Below are positions 18,740 through 28,120 of a DNA stretch of 64,000 bases, one piece after another. This stretch comes from Candidatus Woesebacteria bacterium GW2011_GWB1_38_8b (GTDB lineage: Bacteria; Patescibacteriota; Microgenomatia; UBA8517), in the NCBI GenBank assembly GCA_000993115.1, contig LBVN01000008.1:1099-65098 (forward strand), written 5' to 3'. The position numbers and the translations under genes were made by a program. Position 1 is the first letter of the stretch. Each line of letters starts with the position of its first letter. A model generated the notes under the pieces. That model saw nothing but the letters and a program-made list of their open reading frames with translations. It was not told the DNA's origin and searched no databases.

Positions 18740-20373
18740 TTGATATAAAGAAGTTTTTTGTATTCCTCCAAAACTCTTTCGGTTGAAAACTGATCTGATA
18801 GTTTAATGGATTTTCTCATCATCTCAATCCATTTTTTCGGCAGTCCAAACTCATCGCGGCTGTAGTAAGTTGAAGTTATTTTTGTTTCAAGAAGATAATA
18901 AAAACTTGCATAAACGTTATCCGGATCTAATGTCCAACCTGTATTTTCCCAGTTTGCTTCGTAGGTCCAACCGTCAAGAACAGTGCAGTTAATAACGCCG
19001 TTTGAAATGGCCTTCATTCCCGATGTACCTGATGCCTCCAAACCGACTTTTGGAGTGTTTAACCAGACATCGCTTCCGGACACGAGATTATTTGCAAGCG
19101 ATAAATTGTAGTTCGGTATAAAAATTGCATAACCGAATAAATTGGTAGACATTATTTTAATTAGATCTTCAATTAATGCTTTTGCGCCCGGGTCGTCAGA
19201 GTGGGAATTTCCGGCAAATAAAATCTGAACAGGTGTGTTTGGTTTTGAAATAATACTTTTAAGGCGTGTAATGTCTGAAAAAATTTCTTTGGGTTGTTTA
19301 TAATCAGCCAGTCTTCTTGCCCATGTAATGACCAACCTTTCAGGGTCGTATCCGATTCCTGTTCGCTTTTGTACTGTATTTGCAAGTTCTCTTTTCTTTG
19401 CCATATGCAGATTCCAAATTTCCAAGTCGGTTAGATTTGTATTTCTGAAATCACTATCCTGCCAGCGACCTTTGTGTATACCGTTTGTTACTGTAATCCA
19501 GTTATATTTCGGCCACATTTTTTTTGCACCTTCGGCGTGGATTTTACTTACAGCCTGCTGTTTTTTTGAAATATTTAGTGCAAATTGGGTAATACTGAAA
19601 GTGGAAGGGTCGGTAAGTCCGTCTTTGATTAAAGAATTAGTCTCAACTCCGAGACTTTTTGCAAAAGGGCTTGCCCACTGACTGACCGTGCCAGCTTGGT
19701 AAGTAAGATTGCCTGCGGCAACAAGTGTGTGATTTGTATAAACAATTTTTTCTTTTGCTGCGTTCCAACTTTCTTCGAAAGATAGTTTTTGGTTGTCCAT
19801 TAGATTTTTCGTAATTTCCCAAATTACAAAACCAGGTCTGCCTTCGTTAATATGATAAAAAGATGGAATAATTCCAAGCTCGTTTATTAGCTTTATTCCG
19901 CCAACCCCCAGGAGTATTTGCTGCCTGATCTGGCTGTTTATGTCACCACCGTAAAGCTTGTCCATATCTGAAATCCATTCGGGAGGATTGCCGTCAACAT
20001 CTGTTGACAGAAAATACATTGTTGTCAGGTCGCCCATCCGTATCTGGTATGCCTTAACTTTGACCAAAGTATTTTCGAGTTCAAGATTAAACACCAAAGT
20101 TTTTCCGTTTTTTGTGACAGGCCTCAAGAAAGATGTATCGTGGTCGAATTCGGAATCTCTTTTTTCTTCAGCACCGCTTCCTGCAATGTGCTGCATATAA
20201 TGTTTTCCCTTGTATAGTATTCCGATTCCAATCATCGGGAATTCACTGTCGGCGGATTGGTTTAGTAAATCAGCAGAAAGAATTCCAAGCCCGCCTGCAT
20301 ATGTGGGGAGATCGTTGTCAATTGCAAATTCAGCACAAAAAAAAGCAACAGGGTTGGCAAAATTTACTTCCAT
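18736..20373 (-). CDS. glgP: alpha-glucan (glycogen/maltodextrin) phosphorylase, GT35
   Basis: 545 aa with the pyridoxal-phosphate Lys motif EASGTSGMKA. This is the short alpha-glucan phosphorylase architecture. Confidence 0.85.
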   Translation of the reverse strand: MEVNFANPVAFFCAEFAIDNDLPTYAGGLGILSADLLNQSADSEFPMIGIGILYKGKHYMQHIAGSGAEEKRDSEFDHDTSFLRPVTKNGKTLVFNLELENTLVKVKAYQIRMGDLTTMYFLSTDVDGNPPEWISDMDKLYGGDINSQIRQQILLGVGGIKLINELGIIPSFYHINEGRPGFVIWEITKNLMDNQKLSFEESWNAAKEKIVYTNHTLVAAGNLTYQAGTVSQWASPFAKSLGVETNSLIKDGLTDPSTFSITQFALNISKKQQAVSKIHAEGAKKMWPKYNWITVTNGIHKGRWQDSDFRNTNLTDLEIWNLHMAKKRELANTVQKRTGIGYDPERLVITWARRLADYKQPKEIFSDITRLKSIISKPNTPVQILFAGNSHSDDPGAKALIEDLIKIMSTNLFGYAIFIPNYNLSLANNLVSGSDVWLNTPKVGLEASGTSGMKAISNGVINCTVLDGWTYEANWENTGWTLDPDNVYASFYYLLETKITSTYYSRDEFGLPKKWIEMMRKSIKLSDQFSTERVLEEYKKLLYIN

Positions 20374-20443
20374 AGTATAGTCATATTAAAACAAAATTTT
20401 AGTTTTTGACAATTTGTTTGACGAGCATAGAATTCCTATATAT

Positions 20444-20490
20444 CAAACTCAAATCGTAAAGTTGTAAATCTGTCATTTTATTTGAGTTTG
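20444..20490. repeat. 11-bp perfect inverted repeat CAAACTCAAAT / ATTTGAGTTTG with 25-nt spacer, flanked by TATATA
   Basis: Read directly from the sequence. It lies in the divergent region upstream of glgP (minus) and the 20567/comM unit (plus). Confidence 0.8.
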
Positions 20491-20566
20491 CTTATATAAG
20501 CATGCCAGAAAAAGAAAAATTCTGCCAGCACTTGAATGCAGCTATTTTTTTATGTAACAATGAGTT

Positions 20567-20809
20567 GTGATTGAACCGGAGCCAACTTTAATTGAGAGAC
20601 TTTTGTTTGTTTTAAAGTCCAGCGTGTTTGTTGGTCTACTTACAGCTTGCACACTCCTTATTAGTTTTAACCATAAAGCCTTCAATAAAGTTTTTCAGAA
20701 GAAAGGTTTTATTTACTGGAGCCTGTTTTTTGCTTTTTCTTTTATCCCCTTAGGCTTATTGTTTTTACTCTGGCAGTTCTTTTTTATTAAATCCGGTTTG
20801 TTTAAATAA
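20567..20809 (+). CDS. hypothetical small membrane protein
   Basis: 80-aa ORF with a GTG start and two hydrophobic spans. No RBS seen. Confidence 0.3.
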   Translation: MIEPEPTLIERLLFVLKSSVFVGLLTACTLLISFNHKAFNKVFQKKGFIYWSLFFAFSFIPLGLLFLLWQFFFIKSGLFK

Positions 20810-20814
20810 TTTGA

Positions 20815-22347
20815 ATGCTTGCAAAAATTTCTTCCGGTGCTACGGTTGGACTTAATGCAACCTTGGTTGATGTTGAAGTTGATATCGCAGATGGACTGCC
20901 ATCTTTTACAATAGTCGGACTTCCCGACAAAGCGGTTGAGGAGAGTAAAGACCGTGTCCGATCAGCAATAAAAAATTCGGGGGCTGATTTTCCGACAACC
21001 AGAATTACAGTAAATTTAGCCCCGGCAGATTTACCCAAAATGGGACCGGCCTACGATCTTCCGATAGCTGTTGGGATTTTGATTGCGTCAGGACAAATTA
21101 ATCCCGATGTTGGTAAATCTTTATTTTTTGGAGAATTGTCACTCGACGGAAGTTTGCGCCATACCAATGGGGTACTTCCCATGGCTTATTTAACCAAGCA
21201 AAAAGAATATGTGAGAATTTTCATTCCTAAAATTAATGAAAGCGAGGCTTCGGTAGTAAGTGGCATAAAAGTATTTGCGGTTGATAGCTTATTAGAACTG
21301 GTGAGATTTTTGTCCGGGACAGTAGAAATCCCTGAAAGTGAACATATTAGTCTTAAGAGTTTGCTCAAAACCGCAGATGCAGAATTTGATTTCTGCGAAA
21401 TTGTAGGACAGGAAACTGCAAAGCGCGCGATGGAAATTACGGCTGCAGGGTCGCACAATATATTTTTACGGGGAACTCCGGGGTCAGGAAAAACCATGAT
21501 TTCAAGGGCGCTTCCCGGAATTTTACCAACTCTAACTGAAGACGAAGCTTTAGAAGTAACCAAAATTTATTCAATTACCGGAAATCTTCCTTCGGGTCAA
21601 TCAATTATTACGACTAGGCCATTTAGAAGTCCCCATCATACAACCAGTCGAATTGGGCTAATCGGCGGTGGAAGCAATCCCACCCCGGGTGAAGTTTCAC
21701 TAGCTCACAGGGGAGTTTTATTTTTGGACGAATTTCCTGAATTTCCACGCTCGGTTTTGGAAGCCCTGCGTCAGCCAATGGAAGACGGAGTGGTGACGAT
21801 TTCCAGAGCCCGCGGGACTGTAACTTATCCTGCTCAATTCTTGTTAGTTTCCGCGAGTAACCCCTGCCCGTGCGGATATTTTGGTGATCCGAAAAAACCC
21901 TGCAAATGTCTGCCCGGAATGGTATCCCGCTATCAAAAAAGAGTATCGGGACCAATTATGGATAGGATCGACATTCATGTTGACGTGCCGAGCGTGGAAA
22001 CACAAAAACTAGTCGAAAAAGATGAAAAGGGAAACCGTGAGACTTCGCACGAAATACAAAAAAGAGTACAGAAAGCAAGAGATATCCAAATAAAAAGATT
22101 TGAAGGATCGAAAGTTAAATCAAACAGTGAAATGTCAACAAAAGCTGTTAAGGAATTCTGTAATCTTTCAAATGATTGTCGTACAATGATGTTGTCAGCA
22201 ACATCAAGCATGAGTTTATCTGCCCGCTCGTATTTCAAAGTAATAAAAATCGCACGCACAATTGCGGATTTAGAAGGAGCAAAAGAAATCTCAGTTACCC
22301 ATCTTGCAGAAGCACTTCAGTATAGACCGAAAGAATCCGAATTCTAA
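20815..22347 (+). CDS. comM: YifB/ComM family Mg-chelatase-like AAA+ ATPase
   Basis: 510 aa. N-terminal Lon-protease-like domain, Walker A GTPGSGKT, Walker B VLFLDEF, and a CPCGY...CKC zinc-ribbon insert. Confidence 0.9.
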   Translation: MLAKISSGATVGLNATLVDVEVDIADGLPSFTIVGLPDKAVEESKDRVRSAIKNSGADFPTTRITVNLAPADLPKMGPAYDLPIAVGILIASGQINPDVGKSLFFGELSLDGSLRHTNGVLPMAYLTKQKEYVRIFIPKINESEASVVSGIKVFAVDSLLELVRFLSGTVEIPESEHISLKSLLKTADAEFDFCEIVGQETAKRAMEITAAGSHNIFLRGTPGSGKTMISRALPGILPTLTEDEALEVTKIYSITGNLPSGQSIITTRPFRSPHHTTSRIGLIGGGSNPTPGEVSLAHRGVLFLDEFPEFPRSVLEALRQPMEDGVVTISRARGTVTYPAQFLLVSASNPCPCGYFGDPKKPCKCLPGMVSRYQKRVSGPIMDRIDIHVDVPSVETQKLVEKDEKGNRETSHEIQKRVQKARDIQIKRFEGSKVKSNSEMSTKAVKEFCNLSNDCRTMMLSATSSMSLSARSYFKVIKIARTIADLEGAKEISVTHLAEALQYRPKESEF

Positions 22348-22421
22348 TTAAAAACCTGAGAGTAGTTAAAGGCAACATAGACTGAAAGAAAATAAAGGTA
22401 TTAAGTTTAGCAGTCGGTGGT

Positions 22422-22763
22422 TCAAAAGAAACTATACCCGGACCTTGCGAGTTCAAATGTGATTATTATCTCTAAATAAATTGCGAAAAATGATAATACA
22501 ATTGAGACGATATGAATTAATAAAGTAGACAGTGTTTTCAATTCTCTCTTATTGGAGAATATAAGTATAGATAATGTGCTAATAATTGTATAATTAAACG
22601 CAAAAGCACAGGTTAAGACAAAGGCTATAAAATTAGCGATTCCACAACCTCCAATAATAATTCCGCTATAACATGGAGCACTTGTACCAAAATAATAAAT
22701 TATAAACACTGAAAAAAGGGTGATGAAGAGTATAACAACATGCCTTTTCCAGTAATTTACCAC
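22422..22763 (-). CDS. hypothetical polytopic membrane protein
   Basis: 113 aa with 4 hydrophobic spans. No family recognised. Confidence 0.5.
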   Translation of the reverse strand: MVNYWKRHVVILFITLFSVFIIYYFGTSAPCYSGIIIGGCGIANFIAFVLTCAFAFNYTIISTLSILIFSNKRELKTLSTLLIHIVSIVLSFFAIYLEIIITFELARSGYSFF

Positions 22764-22815
22764 TACCTAATTATTACACTTATAACGAGAAATTAGTATT
22801 TGGTAGAATATATAC

Positions 22816-23259
22816 ATGAAACTTGTTGTCCAGAGGGTGAGTCATGCAAAAGTAACTGATATTAAGAAGAAGCAGGTTATTGGGGAAATTGGGAAAGGAC
22901 TTTTTATACTTTTGGGGGTTGGTAAAGGAGACTCCGAAGATGAAACAAATTCTTTAGCCCAAAAAGTATTGAAACTCCGTATCATGGCTGATGAAAACGA
23001 CAAAATGAATTTATCCGTCGTCGATACAAAATCTGAAATTCTTGTGGTTTCCCAATTTACGCTTTATGCTGATACTAACGGAGGGAATCGTCCGTCGTTT
23101 ATTAATTCTGAAGAACCGAATCGGGCAAAAGAAATCTACGAATATTTTGTGAATGAACTTAGAGAATCGGGATTGAAAGTTGAAACCGGAAGCTTTGGTG
23201 AGTACATGGAAATTGACGCACAATTGGATGGGCCAGTTACAATAATTTATGGCAACTAA
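22816..23259 (+). CDS. dtd: D-aminoacyl-tRNA deacylase
   Basis: 147 aa. MKLVVQRV start, SQFTLYADT and GNRPSF motifs. Confidence 0.9.
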   Translation: MKLVVQRVSHAKVTDIKKKQVIGEIGKGLFILLGVGKGDSEDETNSLAQKVLKLRIMADENDKMNLSVVDTKSEILVVSQFTLYADTNGGNRPSFINSEEPNRAKEIYEYFVNELRESGLKVETGSFGEYMEIDAQLDGPVTIIYGN

Positions 23260-23950
23260 AACTCAAAGTGTTGATCAGGGTGAGGGTACTACTGAAAGAA
23301 CAAAAAAAGAGACCGCTCCGCAATCTTCTGTGGTCGATATAATAATTAGTGTTTTTACAAAAGTGGTTTTTCTTTTGATCGTATTTGCGCTTTTTATAAT
23401 TATTTATTTTTTCGGTTTGATAAAAGGATACGATTTGGCAAAAAATGATGCTGACGCAACAATTGCACAAATAATTTCGGAATATGCAAATAAACTGGCC
23501 ATGACACAAGATGGCGGACAAATACCAACCCCTACAATTATTCCGACAAAAGTTCCACAAGCTGTAAAAACTAAAATTACCTGGGGAGGACCTGATTTGT
23601 GGAATGCTGTAAATAAAAGAAGGGTTGAACTTGGTGTAAACCCATTAAATACCCGAAGTGAACTTTGTACAATTGCGTCAATTAGACTAAACGAACTATT
23701 GGACTTGGGAAAACTTGACGGTCATGAAGGATTTAGTAACATGCGCGAAAGACGACCTGATACCGAGTGGATATTTAATAAATACGGAACGGTTGCTGAA
23801 TTTTTGGCTGTGGGTGGGGATACTGCTACAGAAACTGTTTCAATGTGGGAAAATACACTTGGACATAGTCAGCTTTTAAAAGGCGGGGAATATGTTTGGG
23901 GGTGCATTTATGCACAGGATAGCCTTGCAGTTGCGATAACTGCATATTAG
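23249..23950 (+). CDS. membrane-anchored CAP (SCP/PR1-like, YkwD-type) domain protein
   Basis: One N-terminal TM, then WNAVNKRRVELGVNPL...HEGF...WENTLGHSQLL, typical of the CAP superfamily. Confidence 0.7.
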   Translation: MATKTQSVDQGEGTTERTKKETAPQSSVVDIIISVFTKVVFLLIVFALFIIIYFFGLIKGYDLAKNDADATIAQIISEYANKLAMTQDGGQIPTPTIIPTKVPQAVKTKITWGGPDLWNAVNKRRVELGVNPLNTRSELCTIASIRLNELLDLGKLDGHEGFSNMRERRPDTEWIFNKYGTVAEFLAVGGDTATETVSMWENTLGHSQLLKGGEYVWGCIYAQDSLAVAITAY

Positions 23951-23963
23951 AATGTATTAAAGT

Positions 23964-24296
23964 ATGAATAAAATTTTAGGGATGGCTAGTACATTTTTTG
24001 GAATTGTCTGGCTTTTAAAAACAATTCCCTGGTTGTTGCGTTTTTTGAATGGAATTGGTGAGTGCTCTGGCTTACAAGAATGTGACAGTTTGCTCTATTT
24101 ATTTTTAGCTATTATTTTCTCTCTTTTTGTTTACTGGGGTTTGAAAGTTGGATACGAATTAGTTATTGCATTACAACCAAAACCATTAATTTTATGGGCA
24201 ACCAGAAAGTGGGCATTATTGTATATTATTATAAATCTAATATTTTTCTTTTACTTGCTTAGTATCCCGAGAGTTCCATATTTTCTTTCTAACTAA
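23964..24296 (+). CDS. hypothetical membrane protein
   Basis: 110 aa with 3 hydrophobic spans. Confidence 0.5.
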   Translation: MNKILGMASTFFGIVWLLKTIPWLLRFLNGIGECSGLQECDSLLYLFLAIIFSLFVYWGLKVGYELVIALQPKPLILWATRKWALLYIIINLIFFFYLLSIPRVPYFLSN

Positions 24297-24346
24297 TAAA
24301 AATTTAGTTTAATTTTGGAAATATTGAGTTATGTTAAAATCTCCAT

Positions 24347-25027
24347 ATGCTTCCTCTGAGAGATCACAGCCGAACCAATGTTACTCCTATTATAACTTAC
24401 GCAATCATTGCAATTAATATTTTTGTGTTTTTTTTGGAGCTGATTGGAGATACGGAAAAAATATTTGCCGAATTTGCATTGATTCCTGTAAATATTAACT
24501 GGGTGGAATATAAAACTTTACTCCCGTTTATAACCAGTCAGTTTTTACATGCTGGATTTTTGCACATTATAAGCAACTTATGGTTTCTAAAAATTTTTGG
24601 CGACAACGTTGAGGAAAAGTTTGGACATATTAAATTCTTGGTATTTTATTTGGTCTGCGGAATTGCCGGCGGACTTTTGCAATATGTTTTCTCATACGGA
24701 TCCGATATTCCTATGCTTGGAGCATCAGGGGCAATTGCAGGAGTATTGGGAGCATACTTATATTATTTTCCAAAGCACTCCATTGAAACTCTGATTCCGT
24801 TTGGACTTTTTTCCCAAATTATTAATTTACCGGCAAAGATAATTCTAATTTATTGGTTCGTGACACAACTATTTTCGGGAGTAGGTTCAATTACCTCCTC
24901 AGTGCTTGGAGGAGTTGCCTTTTGGGCGCATATTGGTGGATTCGCTGCCGGGTATTTTCTTGCCCAGTTTTATTCAAAACTTTCGTTTAAATCAGACGAA
25001 GCAGAGGAAGGAGTATTATTGGATTAA
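24347..25027 (+). CDS. rhomboid family intramembrane serine protease
   Basis: Six TM segments, catalytic GASGAIAGVLGAY (GxSG) and AHIGGFAAG (His). Confidence 0.85.
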   Translation: MLPLRDHSRTNVTPIITYAIIAINIFVFFLELIGDTEKIFAEFALIPVNINWVEYKTLLPFITSQFLHAGFLHIISNLWFLKIFGDNVEEKFGHIKFLVFYLVCGIAGGLLQYVFSYGSDIPMLGASGAIAGVLGAYLYYFPKHSIETLIPFGLFSQIINLPAKIILIYWFVTQLFSGVGSITSSVLGGVAFWAHIGGFAAGYFLAQFYSKLSFKSDEAEEGVLLD

Positions 25028-25030
25028 TTC

Positions 25031-25058
25031 TACTACGCCACTACGTAGCGGCGTAGTA
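25031..25058. terminator. 9-bp perfect hairpin (TACTACGCC/GGCGTAGTA) between convergent rhomboid and nth genes
   Basis: The stem was read directly and the 10-nt loop is itself palindromic. There is no U-run, so terminator function is inferred from position only. Confidence 0.35.
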
Positions 25059-25090
25059 AACGCCATAATATTACTTGAATTGATTTGTTG

Positions 25091-25699
25091 TTAAATAAGC
25101 TTGTTGCTTTGAAGAAATCCTATAAGTTGACTCTGCGATCTGTACTGCTGACCAATTGAGACGAAAAGCTTATTCATATCTGACCAGTATTTTTTTGGAA
25201 TAATTTTTATTAACTCTTTCTCTGTTTCCGAAGGTGTTTTTGTTTTTACCCAACCCAGTAAGTTAGAAATTCTATGAACATGTGTATCAACCGCAATGGC
25301 AGGAATTCCGAAGGCACGATTAAGAACTAAATTTGCAGTTTTCCTCCCGACTCCGGGAAGTCTAACTAGTTCATCTCTTGTGTTTGGAATTTTGCCTTTG
25401 AAATCATTCAAGACTTTTTTGGCAAGATTTTTAAGATGTTTTGCTTTTGTTTTATAAAAACCAACGGGGTATATCAACTTTTCAATTACACTAATTTCTA
25501 ATTGACCTAATGTTTTTAAGTTTTTCGCTTTTAAAAAAAGTTTGTTGGATATTTTTAAAGTCAAATTGTCCCGGGTTCTTGCGGATAATAATGTTGAAAT
25601 AAGAGTTTTGTAGGGGTTACTGCCAAAAATTTCCAGCGGGACTACCTTGTAATTTTTTCTGAAGGAATCAAAAACTTTATCTATATTTTTAGGAGTCAT
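25091..25699 (-). CDS. nth: endonuclease III-like HhH-GPD DNA glycosylase, lacking the Fe-S cysteine cluster
   Basis: ATG at 25699 (MTPKNIDK). HhH LPGVGRKTANLVL with the catalytic Lys, and VDTHVHRI with the Asp. The C-terminus has no Cys at all. Confidence 0.85.
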   Translation of the reverse strand: MTPKNIDKVFDSFRKNYKVVPLEIFGSNPYKTLISTLLSARTRDNLTLKISNKLFLKAKNLKTLGQLEISVIEKLIYPVGFYKTKAKHLKNLAKKVLNDFKGKIPNTRDELVRLPGVGRKTANLVLNRAFGIPAIAVDTHVHRISNLLGWVKTKTPSETEKELIKIIPKKYWSDMNKLFVSIGQQYRSQSQLIGFLQSNKLI

Positions 25700-25772
25700 A
25701 TTGCGTACTTGCAACAAGAGAAACCGAGATAACCCCGGTTTTTCTTGTTTGGTTTATTAAAAGAAGAAAAAC

Positions 25773-25910
25773 TTATGCGTTTCCCTTGATTTTGAACATC
25801 TTGGTTCCGCAAACTTCACATACACCTTTTAGGGCTTTCTTGCCGTTCTTCATGGTGACTTCTTCAATGTTCTTTCCTTCTCTTTTTGCTCTACATTTTA
25901 CACAGTACAT
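25773..25910 (-). CDS. DUF5679-type small zinc-ribbon protein
   Basis: This 45-aa ORF is absent from the track: MYCVKCRAKREGKNIEEVTMKNGKKALKGVCEVCGTKMFKIKGNA. It has CxxC...CxxC, and a GGAAGGGGGTGA RBS ends 9 nt upstream of the ATG. Confidence 0.7.
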   Translation of the reverse strand: MYCVKCRAKREGKNIEEVTMKNGKKALKGVCEVCGTKMFKIKGNA

Positions 25911-26391
25911 AAATTATTATGTCACCCCCTTCCTTACGGGTTTTAGCATTAGCCTTAAACCCGAGTTAAGTATAGCACCAGTTCAATTGAAACAATTAAA
26001 ATTGATATCAAAATACTTTTAACCAGATCCAACTTTATTAATCGTAAACCAGCGTCTTTATCCATATAATTGGCGTTTTTGTCATTCGCTTTAGTTTTTG
26101 GTTTTGCTTCGACAACGTCTTTTTTTTGCCCCTTGACACTAGCTTCAGTTAGCCTCGATTTTGAAGGATTTTCCAGATTTAATTTTTAGTCTTTAGTCAA
26201 TCAACTTTTTGCAGGTTAGTTTTGCTTGACTAGAAAGGAGTGCGGTGTAACAATGTCAGAAGTGTTTTGACAATTTTATTCTAACTTATCTAACAACAAG
26301 CGATAGCTTGTGGATGGAGATAAGAGCGAGCGCAAGCGAGCTCACCGAAGGTGTAGAACAAGAATATCATGAGCGAAGCTCATGGAAGCTT

Positions 26392-26844
26392 ATGGATATA
26401 AAAATAGTAATGCTAGTTGTAATTTTAGTCTGGAATGCGGCAATCACTACGGTAATAATTGTTTTTGCCGTTAAAATAAAAAGTTTTACTAAAGATATTA
26501 ATAAAGGAAGCCTTGTTAAACTGCTTGAAAAACTGGTACGCTCTGAAGGAAATAACTCCAAACAAATTAAAGATTTAGAAAAGGAAATTTTAAAAATGCA
26601 GGGAGATGCAAAAAGCTACATCCAAAAAGTAGCTCTTATGCGTTTCAATCCGTTCGACGAGCTGGGAGGGGATCACAGTTTTACTTTGGCGCTTTTGGAT
26701 GCGCATGATAATGGTATAATTTTTACTGGACTTCATACTAGAGAAAGGACCCGTGTTTATGTTAAAAATATAGTAGAGGGAAAAAGCCCGATCGAGTTGT
26801 CCAAAGAAGAAGAAAGAGTTTTGAAAGAAGCTTTGACAAAATAA
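26392..26844 (+). CDS. DUF4446 family protein
   Basis: Start MDIKIVMLVV at 26392 (alternative ATG at 26314). One TM, a coiled coil, then RFNPFDELGGDHSFTLALLDAHDNGIIFTGLHTRE, typical of DUF4446. Confidence 0.7.
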   Translation: MDIKIVMLVVILVWNAAITTVIIVFAVKIKSFTKDINKGSLVKLLEKLVRSEGNNSKQIKDLEKEILKMQGDAKSYIQKVALMRFNPFDELGGDHSFTLALLDAHDNGIIFTGLHTRERTRVYVKNIVEGKSPIELSKEEERVLKEALTK

Positions 26845-26847
26845 AAT

Positions 26848-28065
26848 ATGACACCTAATAAAAAAATAATGACACTTCTGACCTTTTTGGGAATTTATTT
26901 TTTGGTTTCCGGGGGATCTTGGGCGATTTTTTCTTATCTAAAAAAATCTCCGGGTGAAAGCTCTTCCCAAACAACTAAAAAAGTAGAAGATAGCCGAAGG
27001 AAAATCGATACAAGCGCTCCAAAGACGGAAATATGTCCGATAAACGGTGCAATGTTTACGAAAGCCGAGCGGGAGATTTGGGAAAAGAGAAGGCCTATGA
27101 CAGCAATAATTGAAAACCATGCGGATTCCCGTCCGCAATCGGGATTATCCAGAGCGGATGTTGTTTATGAGGCGGTTGCGGAAGGGGGCATTACCCGATT
27201 CTTATCGGTTTTTTACTGCGGTGCATCTGCAGAAGATGTAAAAATAGCCCCGATCAGAAGTATCAGGGTTTACTTTATAAACTGGGCTTCGGAATACAGT
27301 AAAAACCCTGTCTTGGTCCACTCGGGAGGAGCAAACAATATTTGTAACAGTTGTCCTGGTGAAATTAAACCAAGAGGCGATGTTGACCCGAGCGTTGATG
27401 CCTTTAAAATACTGGCTAAATTAGGCTGGCGTGCGCCAAACGGGAACGCGATGGATGCAGGGACGAATTTAGGTTTTCCCGCCGTAAAGCGTGATCAATA
27501 CAGACTTGGAACCAAAAGCGCGTGGGAACATTCGTTTGAAGGGTATACAGATAAGATTTTCGAAGTAGCAGAGGAGCGTGGTTTTGGAGCAAAGAATGAG
27601 AACGGTAGCCTTTGGAGTGAGGACTTTGTTAAATGGGAATTTGCGGATGAGACGCCGGCAGCAACACCGGCATACACAGAAATTTCTTTTGAGTTTTGGT
27701 CAAACAAACCCGATTATGATGTGGTTTGGAAATATGACAAAGGAAGAAATGCATACCTACGGGTAAATGGTGGTAAAGATCATCAGGATTTTAATACCAA
27801 GGAACAACTGGCAGTTAAGAATTTAGTTATCGAATTTGTAAAAGAAAAAGGTCCTGTTGACCGTGAGGGGCATATGTTTTATACAAATGTCGGCAGCGGA
27901 AAGGCATTAGTATTCCAAAACGGAGAAGTAATTGAAGCTACTTGGTCGAAAGCGTCACAATTTGACAGAACAGTTTACAAAGATAGTGCAAAAGCCGAGA
28001 TTAAATTTGTACGCGGGCAGATTTGGATTGACGCGGTTCCTGACGGAAATAAAATTAGTTATTAA
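26848..28065 (+). CDS. DUF3048 domain protein (YerB-like secreted protein)
   Basis: N-terminal anchor, then PMTAIIENHADSRPQSGLSRADVVYEAVAEGGITRFLSVFY, the hallmark DUF3048 N-terminal block. Confidence 0.75.
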   Translation: MTPNKKIMTLLTFLGIYFLVSGGSWAIFSYLKKSPGESSSQTTKKVEDSRRKIDTSAPKTEICPINGAMFTKAEREIWEKRRPMTAIIENHADSRPQSGLSRADVVYEAVAEGGITRFLSVFYCGASAEDVKIAPIRSIRVYFINWASEYSKNPVLVHSGGANNICNSCPGEIKPRGDVDPSVDAFKILAKLGWRAPNGNAMDAGTNLGFPAVKRDQYRLGTKSAWEHSFEGYTDKIFEVAEERGFGAKNENGSLWSEDFVKWEFADETPAATPAYTEISFEFWSNKPDYDVVWKYDKGRNAYLRVNGGKDHQDFNTKEQLAVKNLVIEFVKEKGPVDREGHMFYTNVGSGKALVFQNGEVIEATWSKASQFDRTVYKDSAKAEIKFVRGQIWIDAVPDGNKISY

Positions 28066-28120
28066 TAACTTGCCCGTTATTTGCTAGAATACCATTGATC
28101 CCTCCTGCTCCATTAAAATC

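Noticed and set aside
25786-26022. 78-aa plus-strand ORF from the track
   Set aside because: It is antisense to a much more convincing 45-aa minus-strand zinc-ribbon gene (25773-25910, strong RBS, CxxC...CxxC). Its own translation is low-complexity F/L/S-rich with no RBS.
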